Below are positions 17,668 to 28,867 of a stretch of DNA of 64,000 bases, piece after piece (position 1 is the first letter of the stretch; each line of letters opens with the position of its first letter). The notes beneath the pieces were generated by a model, which saw only the letters and a program-made list of their open reading frames with translations, did no database searches and was not told the origin of the DNA. The translations under genes were made by a program, and so were the position numbers. The stretch covers positions 32,077 through 96,076 of the forward strand of contig WHSU01000006.1 in NCBI GenBank assembly GCA_009379925.1, read 5' to 3'. The stretch is from Dehalococcoidia bacterium (lineage in GTDB: Bacteria > Chloroflexota > Dehalococcoidia > UBA2979).

Positions 17668-19365
17668 ATGGCGGAGCAGCCTCCGGGCTCGAAGTCGACG
17701 GCTCGGAGGGACGCGGGCGGGGAACCTGCCGCCCGGGCTACCCCGCCACGGACTCCACCGCCGGCAGAGCCGCGGTCGCGCTTCGGGCGCTTCCTCGTGC
17801 GGTCGCAGACACAGTCCGTGATCGGCGCCGCGGGCATCGTGGCCTTCGGCTTCCTCGCGTCGAGGATGCTGGGGCTGCTGCGCTCCGTCGTGATCGCGGA
17901 CGCGTTCGGGACGGACCCGGAACTGGACGCCTATTGGGTGGCGTTCCGGTTGCCGGACCTCGTCTTCCAACTGCTGGCGGGGGCGACGCTCTCCGCCGCC
18001 TTCATCCCCACGTTCTCCCGAGTGCTGCTGCGCAGCGGCGAGGAGGGCGCGTGGCGCCTCGCATCCAGCGTGCTCAACCTGGTCGCGCTGGCGACCTTCG
18101 TCCTCGCCGGGCTGGCGTTCCTCCTGGCGCCGTGGCTGGTGCCGCTGCTGGCGCCGGGCCTGGGGGAGGGGACGGGCCGTGAGGCCGAACTGAGCGCCCT
18201 GGCGGTCGAGTTGACCCGCTTCATGCTGCTCTCGCCGCTGTTCTTCGGCATCTCCGGCATGCTCACGGGCATCCTCAACGCACGTCAGCACTTCGTCGCC
18301 CCCGCGCTGGCGCCGCTGGTCTACAACCTCTCGATCATCCTCGGGGCGATCATCCTCTCCGAGCCGCTCGGCGTGTACGGCCTGGCATGGGGCGTCGTGG
18401 CGGGCGCGCTGGGTCACCTGCTGGTGCAGGTGCCGGTGCTCGGCCTCGTCGGCATGCGCTGGCGACCGTCGTTCGAGGTGTACTCGGCGGGCGTGCGCGA
18501 GGTGCTGCGGCTGATGGGGCCGCGCGTGATCGGACTCGCCGCGACGCAGGTGAACTTCCTCGTGGTGATCTTCTTCGCCTCCTTCATCTCCAGCGGGGCG
18601 ATCAGCTCGGTGACGTACGCCTTCCTGATCATGCTGCTGCCCGTCGGGGTGGTCGGCATGGCGATCTCGACCGCGGCGTTCCCCACGCTGGCGCAGCAGG
18701 CGGCCGCGCACCAGTACGAACAACTCCGCGAGTCCCTCACCGGCGCGCTGCGCACCATCCTCTTCCTGGCCGTCCCCGCCTCGGCCGGCCTGGTGCTGCT
18801 CGGGCGGCCGGTCGTACGGCTGCTGCTGCAACGCGGGGCCTTCGAGGCGTCGGATACGGACCTGGTGGTGGCGGCGCTGACCTTCTACGCGCTCGGTGTC
18901 TGGGCGCATGCGGGCATCGAGATCCTGAGCCGCGGTTTCTACGCGCTATCCGACACGAAAACTCCGGTGCAGCTGGCCGTGGTCGCGATGCTGCTGAACG
19001 TCGTGTTGGCGGCCGCGCTCGTCGGCCCCCTCGAGCTGCGAGGGCTGGCCGCCGCCGCCTCGATCACGGCGGCGCTCGAGTTCGGCCTGTTGCTGCGCGT
19101 GCTGCACGTGCGCCTCGGCGGCTTCGACCGCATCGGCCTGCGCCGCTCGCTGGGCGGCACGCTGCTGGCGACGGCTGTCATGACCGAGGTGGTGCTGATC
19201 ATGCGGCTGCTGCTCGGCGCAGCCGGCGCCGACGCGATGGAGCCGCTGGGGGCCCTCGTGGTCACCGTCGCCGCCGGCGGACTCGGCCTGTTCACGTACC
19301 TGGGCGCCTCGTACGTCACGAACCGCGAGGAGTACCGGGCGCTGCTCGGCCGCTTCGGGGGGTAG
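17668..19365 (+). CDS. murJ: Lipid II flippase MurJ
   Basis: The N-terminal region FLASRMLGLLRSVVIADAFGTDPELDAYWVAFRLPDLVFQLLAGATLSAAFIPTF is diagnostic of MurJ/MviN. About 14 TM helices are present. Confidence 0.9.
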   Translation: MAEQPPGSKSTARRDAGGEPAARATPPRTPPPAEPRSRFGRFLVRSQTQSVIGAAGIVAFGFLASRMLGLLRSVVIADAFGTDPELDAYWVAFRLPDLVFQLLAGATLSAAFIPTFSRVLLRSGEEGAWRLASSVLNLVALATFVLAGLAFLLAPWLVPLLAPGLGEGTGREAELSALAVELTRFMLLSPLFFGISGMLTGILNARQHFVAPALAPLVYNLSIILGAIILSEPLGVYGLAWGVVAGALGHLLVQVPVLGLVGMRWRPSFEVYSAGVREVLRLMGPRVIGLAATQVNFLVVIFFASFISSGAISSVTYAFLIMLLPVGVVGMAISTAAFPTLAQQAAAHQYEQLRESLTGALRTILFLAVPASAGLVLLGRPVVRLLLQRGAFEASDTDLVVAALTFYALGVWAHAGIEILSRGFYALSDTKTPVQLAVVAMLLNVVLAAALVGPLELRGLAAAASITAALEFGLLLRVLHVRLGGFDRIGLRRSLGGTLLATAVMTEVVLIMRLLLGAAGADAMEPLGALVVTVAAGGLGLFTYLGASYVTNREEYRALLGRFGG

Positions 19366-19395
19366 CGCGCGACCGGGCGTCCCTGGCGGCGGGAA

Positions 19396-20070
19396 TCAGC
19401 CGCGACCCGTGACCGTCGAGATGTCCGCCTCGTTGCCCGCCGCATCCGCCAGCGTCCACCAGGCCGGCGCGAATTCGTCGCGCACCAACCGGCCACCCGC
19501 GGCCAGCGCGGCCCGGACGCGGGCCTCCGCCTGGTCGTGTGGCACCCAGACAGCCACGTGGACCGCGCCGCCGCCGTCCGGTCGTGGCTCGCGCATCGAC
19601 TCAAACCAGAACGCGGGGCCGCGGTCCCGCGGGTCCACCAGATCCTCGTCGGGGCTGTCGGGTCGAGCCTCGTAGCCGAGCACGGCTCGCCAGAAGGGCA
19701 TCACCTTGGCCACGTCCGACGCGCCCGGTATGACGAGCAGGTACTGGACGGCGGACGGGTCGGCCGCCAGGCCGCGGTCGCGCGCCAGCGCGGAGATCCG
19801 GCGCGCGACTTCGATGTCACGCCCGGTCATGCCGAAGTGGTCGTCGGCTACGGTGACCACTCGGACGGTCACCCCACCGTCGCGGACATCAACCGCGGGC
19901 GGGTGATCCTCCACGCCGGCGAGTTCGCCGAGCGCGGCCACGAACGCGGCGCTCTCCGCGAACGACCCGGTGGGGAAGTGGATGCAGGCGCCCTCCCCCA
20001 GTACGCGCCAGTCCTCGAGACCCTCGGCCTCCTGGAAGTCGCGCGGCGTGACTTGATCGTTCGTGGCCAT
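19396..20070 (-). CDS. Fusion protein: pterin-4a-carbinolamine dehydratase-like domain plus VOC/glyoxalase-like domain
   Basis: ATG 20070 follows GGGAGGGAGG. The N-terminal half (WRVLGEGACIHFPTGSFAESAAFVAALGELAGVEDHPPAVDVRDGGVTV) resembles PCD/DCoH. The C-terminal half (FWRAVLGYE...VHVAVWVPHDQAEARV) resembles the VOC family. Confidence 0.6.
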   Translation of the reverse strand: MATNDQVTPRDFQEAEGLEDWRVLGEGACIHFPTGSFAESAAFVAALGELAGVEDHPPAVDVRDGGVTVRVVTVADDHFGMTGRDIEVARRISALARDRGLAADPSAVQYLLVIPGASDVAKVMPFWRAVLGYEARPDSPDEDLVDPRDRGPAFWFESMREPRPDGGGAVHVAVWVPHDQAEARVRAALAAGGRLVRDEFAPAWWTLADAAGNEADISTVTGRG

Positions 20071-20432
20071 CGTCAGGGACCTCCCTCCCACGGTGGATCG
20101 AGCGCATCGTCCACCTCGGAGGCATGATAGGCGTCATGGCGAGCGCCCCTGCATCAACGATCCACGGCGACACGTCTCCCGTTGGTGCGCTGGTGATCAC
20201 GATTGCTGCGGGCGGACCCGGCCTATTCGGGCGAACTTCGTCGCCTCGTAAGGCACGGACCGGGAGGCGCACGAGCGCTGCTCGGGCGCCGGAGGACACC
20301 TGGAGGTTGCCATGCCCGCTCGCATTCGTCATATTCGCTCAGGCGCCCCATTCCTAGGCTTCCTGCTGGCCGTATCGATACCGCCTCGATCCACGCAGGG
20401 GACGCCCGCCTATGCGCGACTGGGGTCGTTAG

Positions 20433-21030
20433 ATGGAGGGAGATGGGCCAGTGCGGGTCGTCGCTACGCGGCTGCGCGGGCGGGCCTGCCTGGCCGTCTA
20501 TCTGTTTGCTGGCTGGCTCGTCGCCGCCTGCTCCGAGTCAGAGAGCGCGCTCCCTCCGGATGTCGACCTGGTGTTGGTCGATGAACAGGGGGTTGAGCAA
20601 GAGGTCGGCAGCATGGAGGAGCTCCAGGCTGCCGCACCGTTCGCGCTTCAGACACCGGCGTCTCTCCAAGAACTAGAACTCACGGCTGTCCGAGTGGAGT
20701 TGCCCGTCCCCCTTGAACGGCAACGCAATGGGCTTGAGCCGCAGGGCGGCGTCGGAGGCCCGTTCCCGGTCGCGATCCTCAGTTACGGGGATCCGACCAG
20801 CAGCGCCATCACCCTTCACCAGATCGGTGGCGAAACCGAGTTCGGTGATCCTCAAGAAGTGCTAGATGTCGGCGGAGCTCAAATAGGCGTGCGCCGCGCC
20901 AGCGATACGGACATGCTCGTCATGTGGTACCGGGCTGCGAGACCACCTTCCGGGCCATGGTCCACATCGAGGGCGGCGTACCCGAGAGGCGCCAGCGGAG
21001 ATCGCGGAGACGGTCATGGAGGGCTGTTAG
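20433..21030 (+). pseudogene. Lipoprotein gene with two apparent frameshifts (pseudogene or assembly error)
   Basis: The lipobox is WLVAAC. The high-GC3 coding signal moves from the 20433 ORF's frame to the next frame near 20925 (VVPGCETTFRAMVHIEGGVPE). It moves again to the third frame near 20985 (EAPAEIAETVMEGC*, stop 21028-21030). The ORF tail in the original frame is Arg/Gly-rich with low GC3. Confidence 0.45.
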
Positions 21031-21235
21031 GACAGCTGAACACGGGTCGCCGAGGTGGGTGGAAAGTCCCGCAGCACCCCCTGATCGTGGTAGAATACTG
21101 GTGCCCCAACCTCCACAAGGGTGCACCTCAAGCGCGGACGCGTGCCGTCCGCGCGTTCGGCGTTGCCCGGCTCTCGGCGCGTGCGCCGGGTGCGCCGTGA
21201 ATCACTCGAGGTGGGGTGGAACGGAGTAGGACTCG

Positions 21236-21700
21236 ATGGCTTTTACTGACCGCGAGCTCAACTGTCGCGACTGCGGCGCTGCCTTCATCTTTACGGCCGG
21301 CGAGCAGGAGTTCTATGCGACCAAGGGGCTCCAGCATGACCCGGTGCGCTGTCCCGCGTGCCGCACGCAGCGCAAGATGATGCGCCCCGAGGACCGCGAG
21401 GAGATCCCGCACTTCGGTGTGTACGCCTCCTACGGCGGGCGCACCCCTCGGCAGCTCCACGTCGCCTCGTGCGCCCAGTGCGGACAGACGACCGAGGTGC
21501 CGTTCGTGCCGCGCGGCGACCGGCCGGTCTACTGCTCGAACTGCTACAACGACGTGCGGACGAAGCAGGAGGAGCGCGACGCCGCCGAGGCGGAGGCCGC
21601 CGCCGCTCGCATCGCCGCCGCCGCCGCCCAGACCGCCGAGCGCGACCAGGAGCGACAGGAGCACGTAGGCGCGGTCGTCGCGGACCCGGAAGCGCTGTAG
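21236..21700 (+). CDS. Zinc-ribbon domain protein (zf-trcl-like N-terminus plus a second CxxC...CxxC ribbon)
   Basis: The first ribbon is FTDRELNCRDCGAAFIFTAGEQEFYATKGLQHDPVRCPACR. The second is CAQCGQTTEVPFVPRGDRPVYCSNCY. The tail is Ala/Glu-rich. Confidence 0.7.
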   Translation: MAFTDRELNCRDCGAAFIFTAGEQEFYATKGLQHDPVRCPACRTQRKMMRPEDREEIPHFGVYASYGGRTPRQLHVASCAQCGQTTEVPFVPRGDRPVYCSNCYNDVRTKQEERDAAEAEAAAARIAAAAAQTAERDQERQEHVGAVVADPEAL

Positions 21701-21733
21701 GCCCTCCGCTCCCAGCTCCGCGGTGACAACGAA

Positions 21734-21761
21734 AGACGCCGCCCCGTATGGGGCGGCGTCT
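21734..21761. terminator. Bidirectional terminator hairpin between convergent genes
   Basis: AGACGCCGCCCC-gtat-GGGGCGGCGTCT is a perfect 12-bp stem. The tail on the minus strand is TTCGTTG. Confidence 0.65.
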
Positions 21762-21786
21762 CTCTGTCCGCGCCGAGTCCAGGCCG

Positions 21787-22347
21787 CTACTCGATGTCGA
21801 GCTGGAAGCCGTACTCCGCGTAGCCGTTCGCGAACTGGAGCGCCACCTGGACCACGTACTGGCCGGCAGGCAGGTCGCCGAGGTCAACCGTGACTTCGCC
21901 ACCCTCGGCGCTCGCGTCGAGCGTGGTCGCGTCGCCGGAGCGCTCCCAGACGATGCGGTTCGCGCCCTCCTGCGAGCCAGACTGCGGCCGCTCGTAGACG
22001 CTCGCCGTCACCTCGGTCGGCTCGTGCTCGCCCAGGCCGCTCACAACACCCTGACCGCCGGCGCCGGTAGTCAGCACCTGCGCGTCGGTGGCGATGCCCT
22101 GCGTGTCATCGGTGTGCGAGTCGTCACCGACACTCCAGATGTAAGCGCCGAGGCCGAGTCGCGCGGTCTTGCCGTCGACGGCCGCCTCGAGGGCCGGCGG
22201 GCCGTCCTCGCCGGGAGAGCCGGCGACCGCGGTGGGGTCCGGCGTCGAGGCGTCGCTGTCGTCCCAGGCAAAGGCGACCGCGAGGGCGGCAACAGCGCCG
22301 AGCAGTCCCAGGAGCATCAAGATTCGGAAGGGATATAGCCGCTGCAT
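21787..22347 (-). CDS. Secreted or membrane-anchored hypothetical protein (186 aa)
   Basis: ATG 22347 follows GGAGAT. The N-terminal signal/anchor is MQRLYPFRILMLLGLLGAVAALAVAFA, and the mature part looks beta-rich. The upstream part of the ORF is junk. Confidence 0.6.
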   Translation of the reverse strand: MQRLYPFRILMLLGLLGAVAALAVAFAWDDSDASTPDPTAVAGSPGEDGPPALEAAVDGKTARLGLGAYIWSVGDDSHTDDTQGIATDAQVLTTGAGGQGVVSGLGEHEPTEVTASVYERPQSGSQEGANRIVWERSGDATTLDASAEGGEVTVDLGDLPAGQYVVQVALQFANGYAEYGFQLDIE

Positions 22348-22607
22348 TGAGGTATCTCCGTGTGGTCGAACTGTGATCGCTGGTCCGTCAAACCGTTGAG
22401 GTGCTCCCGTGTCGCTCCTCCACTGCGAGTCGCGGCGGTCCGGCGCCGTCCACGCTCGTCCTCGTCCGTTCCGCCGTCTTCGAAGTCCTGCGCAATCCCA
22501 TGGATCACCAAGACGCCGCCACGCGCTTCGCGGTTCCCAGACGGGCATACGGTTGCCCCTGGCGCAGGGTTGTTAGCCTCGATCTGCGGGCATCGAGGAG
22601 GCCTTCG

Positions 22608-23015
22608 ATGAACGTGATCTTCGAAGTCGACTACCCGCCCGAGGCCATCGCGGAAGCCGCCCGCCGGTTCTTTGGCGAAGCGCTCACCCTGGACGAACGG
22701 ACCGCCGACGACGGTCCCTCTGTGGATGGCGAGCCGCTGCTCTTCACGGGCGACCTGGGTTGGGTGCGCCTCGACACCTCGCGCGGCATCGACCATCCGA
22801 CGCGCGTGGAGATCGAGGCGCAGGAGCTGGACGACGCCGTGCATGACTTCGTGCACCGGCTGGACCCGCACGGCGCCGTCAGGACGCGCGGCGGTCCGCC
22901 CGACATGGGCACGGACATGGAGCGCCACCGACGCGCCTCGGAAGCGCAGCCGGCGCCGACCGGGTCCAGCGAGGGCTCGAGCCCCGGCACCGGCGGCGGG
23001 CCGCTGGGCTGGTAG
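22608..23015 (+). CDS. Hypothetical protein (135 aa)
   Basis: ATG 22608 follows GAGGAGG with a 7-nt spacer. Sequence: MNVIFEVDYPPEAIAEAARRFFGEALTLDERTADDG... I recognise no family. Confidence 0.5.
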   Translation: MNVIFEVDYPPEAIAEAARRFFGEALTLDERTADDGPSVDGEPLLFTGDLGWVRLDTSRGIDHPTRVEIEAQELDDAVHDFVHRLDPHGAVRTRGGPPDMGTDMERHRRASEAQPAPTGSSEGSSPGTGGGPLGW

Positions 23016-23030
23016 ACGCCGGTTAGCGGA

Positions 23031-23417
23031 CTACCACCAGACCACCGGCGACAGCAGCACCGCGAGCGGCGTGGCGAGGCCGGCGAAGGCGAACGCGCCG
23101 CCGCTCCAGCGCAGCGCGCGGTCCAGGCGCGGGCCGTCGCCGAGGCGTACGCGACACGCCTCGAACAGCACGATGCCGGCGAGGGTGACGGCGCAGTAGC
23201 CGGCGAACGCCAGCCCCGCGAGTAGCGCCGCGCCGACCACCCACAGCGGCGCGACGAGAAGCCCTCCGGGTCCGGCCGCCGGTAGCAGCAACATCGCGCT
23301 CGCGGCGCACAGTCCAAGGACGAACGTCGCGTAGCCCTCGAGCGCGGCGCGTCGAGGGGTGAGCGCGCCGAAGCGGGCGGGCGTGGGGAACGCGCGGGCG
23401 GCGGCAGCGAAGGTCAT
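23031..23417 (-). CDS. Small integral membrane protein (about 4 TM), unknown function
   Basis: 128 aa, very hydrophobic. It lies directly downstream of the TetR gene on the same strand. Confidence 0.55.
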   Translation of the reverse strand: MTFAAAARAFPTPARFGALTPRRAALEGYATFVLGLCAASAMLLLPAAGPGGLLVAPLWVVGAALLAGLAFAGYCAVTLAGIVLFEACRVRLGDGPRLDRALRWSGGAFAFAGLATPLAVLLSPVVWW

Positions 23418-23424
23418 GTCGTGA

Positions 23425-24069
23425 TTATCGGCGGCGGGGCGCGCGGCCCGAGCCTCGAACAGCCCGCGCCGCGCCCTCCTCGATGGCTCCGCGGATCAGG
23501 CGCACGAGTTCCTCCGCGACGGCATCCAGAGGCGTCGTGTCCCGTCGCGCGCGTGCCATCACAAGGGCGCCCTCGACTGACGCCACGATGACCGTAGCGA
23601 GTGAACGAGCCCGACCGGCCGGTATCCCGCTGCCGGCAAAGTGGTCGGCAAACATCCGCTCCCAGCCGTCGAAGGTTTCACGACAGAACGCGGCGATGGG
23701 TGAGTCCGCCTCCGGATCGTCGAGCACGACCGGGCCGACCGGGCAGCCGAAGGTGTAGCCGGACTCACGCAACTCCTCGGCGCTCGCGCCCACATACGTG
23801 CGGACGGCCTCCACGGGGTCACCGGACGCCTCGAGGATCTCCTCGATGGCGGCGTCGATGCGGTGCACGGACAGGCGGGTGGCTTCGAGGACCAACTGCG
23901 CCTTGCCGCCGGGGAAGTGGTGGTACAGCGAGCCTCGAGGGGCGCCACAGGCGTCGAGGATGTCGCCCAGGCTGCTGCCCTGGTACCCCTGCCGGGCCAC
24001 GAGCCGCGCCGTCGTCTCCAGCATCCGTTCCCGCGTGTCCGTCGCCACTGGTACTCCCCCCGCGCGCAT
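23425..24069 (-). CDS. TetR/AcrR-family transcriptional regulator
   Basis: The N-terminal HTH reads RERMLETTARLVARQGYQGSSLGDILDACGAPRGSLYHHFPGGKAQL. Confidence 0.9.
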   Translation of the reverse strand: MRAGGVPVATDTRERMLETTARLVARQGYQGSSLGDILDACGAPRGSLYHHFPGGKAQLVLEATRLSVHRIDAAIEEILEASGDPVEAVRTYVGASAEELRESGYTFGCPVGPVVLDDPEADSPIAAFCRETFDGWERMFADHFAGSGIPAGRARSLATVIVASVEGALVMARARRDTTPLDAVAEELVRLIRGAIEEGAARAVRGSGRAPRRR

Positions 24070-24165
24070 GAGGCCTTCCGTGAGGATATTCCCGTTGACA
24101 GATTATGACGAATGGTCTACAGAATATGCTGGTCGGTCTATTGAGCGGCGGGCAGAGGAGGGATC

Positions 24166-24993
24166 GTGGCTGAGACACAGACGCGGACAAGCGGCTGGCA
24201 GGTAGCAGGCAGTGCCGCCGAGTCGTACGAGGCCTACCTCGTGCCGGCGCTGTTCCGGAAGTGGGCGACGGCGCTCGTCGACGCCGTCGGGGTGAGTTCG
24301 GGCGACCGGGTCCTGGACGTGGCATGTGGCACCGGTGCCGTAGCGCGGTCGGTGGCTGCGCGGGTCGGTGCGACCGGTGCGGTGACCGGCATCGACGTGA
24401 ATCCGGAGATGCTCGCCGTCGCGGAACGGGCGTCGGCCGGCACCTCCCCGACCCCCGTGTTCCGCCAGGCGGATGCCCAGGCGCTGCCCTTCGAAGACGG
24501 CGCCTTCGATGTCGTCCTCTGCCAGCAGGCGTTGCAGTTCATGCCCGATGCAGCGGCGGCAGTCGCGGAGATGCGGCGCGTGACCCGCGATGACGGCCGC
24601 GTGGCGTTCAGCGTGCTCCGTTCGTTGGACCACCACCCCGTCTACGCGCGGTTCGCCGATGCCCTGGCGAAGCACGTGGGTTCCACGGCCGGCGACATGA
24701 TGGGCTCACCGTTCGCCCTCGGCGATCGCGAGGTGCTGCGTGCGTTCGCCGCGGCCGCCGGCCTCCGCGACATCGAGGTGCGTATCGAGGTCGTCAGCGG
24801 CCGGTTCCCTTCGGTCGAGGAGTTCGTCTGGTACGAGGCGGCCAGCTCGCCCCTCGCCGGCCCGATCCTGGCGCTGACGGAGGACAGCCGTCGCGCCCTC
24901 GTCGAGGACGTCGAGCAGTTCCTGGAGCCACAGACTGACGACGCCGGGGTGTCGCTCGCATACGAGACACACGTCGTGACCGGGCGCCGATAG
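24166..24993 (+). CDS. Class I SAM-dependent methyltransferase
   Basis: GTG start follows GAGGAGGG. Motif I is VLDVACGTGAV; FDVVLCQQALQFMPD is also present. Confidence 0.85.
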   Translation: MAETQTRTSGWQVAGSAAESYEAYLVPALFRKWATALVDAVGVSSGDRVLDVACGTGAVARSVAARVGATGAVTGIDVNPEMLAVAERASAGTSPTPVFRQADAQALPFEDGAFDVVLCQQALQFMPDAAAAVAEMRRVTRDDGRVAFSVLRSLDHHPVYARFADALAKHVGSTAGDMMGSPFALGDREVLRAFAAAAGLRDIEVRIEVVSGRFPSVEEFVWYEAASSPLAGPILALTEDSRRALVEDVEQFLEPQTDDAGVSLAYETHVVTGRR

Positions 24994-25079
24994 CGGCGTG
25001 AGAGCGGCCACCGGCGCCGCGCGAGCCGGGTGGCCCCCTCGCACCCGTTGATCCGATTCCCGCGCGCGCTACCATTGAG

Positions 25080-25482
25080 GGACAGGCTGTGACGGAGACG
25101 AGTAGTCTCGCGGCCGGCGTACCCCTCGGGCATCGAGGGGTGGCGCGGACCGCCGAGCGAGCCCGGGACGGTGGAAGCCGGGTGCGTGCCACGCGAGGCG
25201 AAGATCACTCCTGAGCTGCCGACCGAACGTCGGCCTCGAGCGCCCCACGGCGCTTGATGCGCGGTAAGTAGGCTCGGCCGGAACGCCCACCGTTACCAGG
25301 GGCAGCGCGATCGGCACGGCGTCCCGCCTGGGACGCACGGAGCCCGTCGCGCGGTGAGCGGCGCCGCCGGCCTCGAGACTTCGAGGCGGTGCGCAACGCG
25401 GGTGGTACCGCGGGCCGTCCTGCCGAACGGCAGCCTGGCTCGTCCCGCATCGATGCGGGGCGGGCTTTTTTGATCCCGCCCC
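25080..25482 (+). promoter_or_regulatory. T-box riboswitch leader of ileS
   Basis: A canonical T-box motif CGCGGGTGGTACCGCG lies at 25397-25412. A stem I distal-loop-like GGTGGAA lies at 25170-25176. Candidate specifier AUC followed by A lies at 25204-25207 (GAAGAUCAC). GC-rich hairpins and a T6 run lie at 25444-25471. A possible promoter TTGATC-N16-TACCAT lies at 25048-25075. Confidence 0.8.
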
Positions 25483-25530
25483 ACACTAGCCCTTGAGGTC
25501 AGGCCTCGAGGCGAGTGCGGGAGTAGGACG

Positions 25531-28842
<3,312 letters not shown>

Positions 28843-28848
<6 letters not shown>

Positions 28849-28867
28849 GGATCTCGCATCCCTACGC
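28843..28867. terminator. Hairpin spanning the convergent stop codons of ileS and the YihY-NUDIX gene
   Basis: GCGTAGGGAT-ctcgc-ATCCCTACGC is a 10-bp stem. The minus-strand tail is CTTTCGCAC. Confidence 0.45.

Noticed and set aside
17428-18909. The N-terminal 490 codons of the 713-aa ORF 16768-18909.
   Set aside because: Only the last 219 codons look like an ECF sigma factor. The remainder is antisense to murJ and extremely Arg/Glu/His/Gly-rich.
20124-20357. A 77-aa ORF in the 340-bp gap between the PCD-VOC gene and the lipoprotein pseudogene.
   Set aside because: GC3 is only moderate, no SD is present and no motif is visible. The evidence is insufficient to call a gene.
21055-21080. GGTGGAAAGTCCCGCAGC, which is reminiscent of the RNase P RNA CR-I motif (GGAAAGUCCGGGC).
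   Set aside because: None of the other conserved RNase P regions (ACAGAA..GGCUUA, AGGGUGAAA-type) lie nearby. The match sits in the decayed tail of a lipoprotein gene and is most likely coincidental.
25069-25486. Several 89-124-aa ORFs on the minus strand within the ileS upstream region.
   Set aside because: The region is explained by a T-box leader on the plus strand, and the ORF products are Arg/Pro-rich junk.
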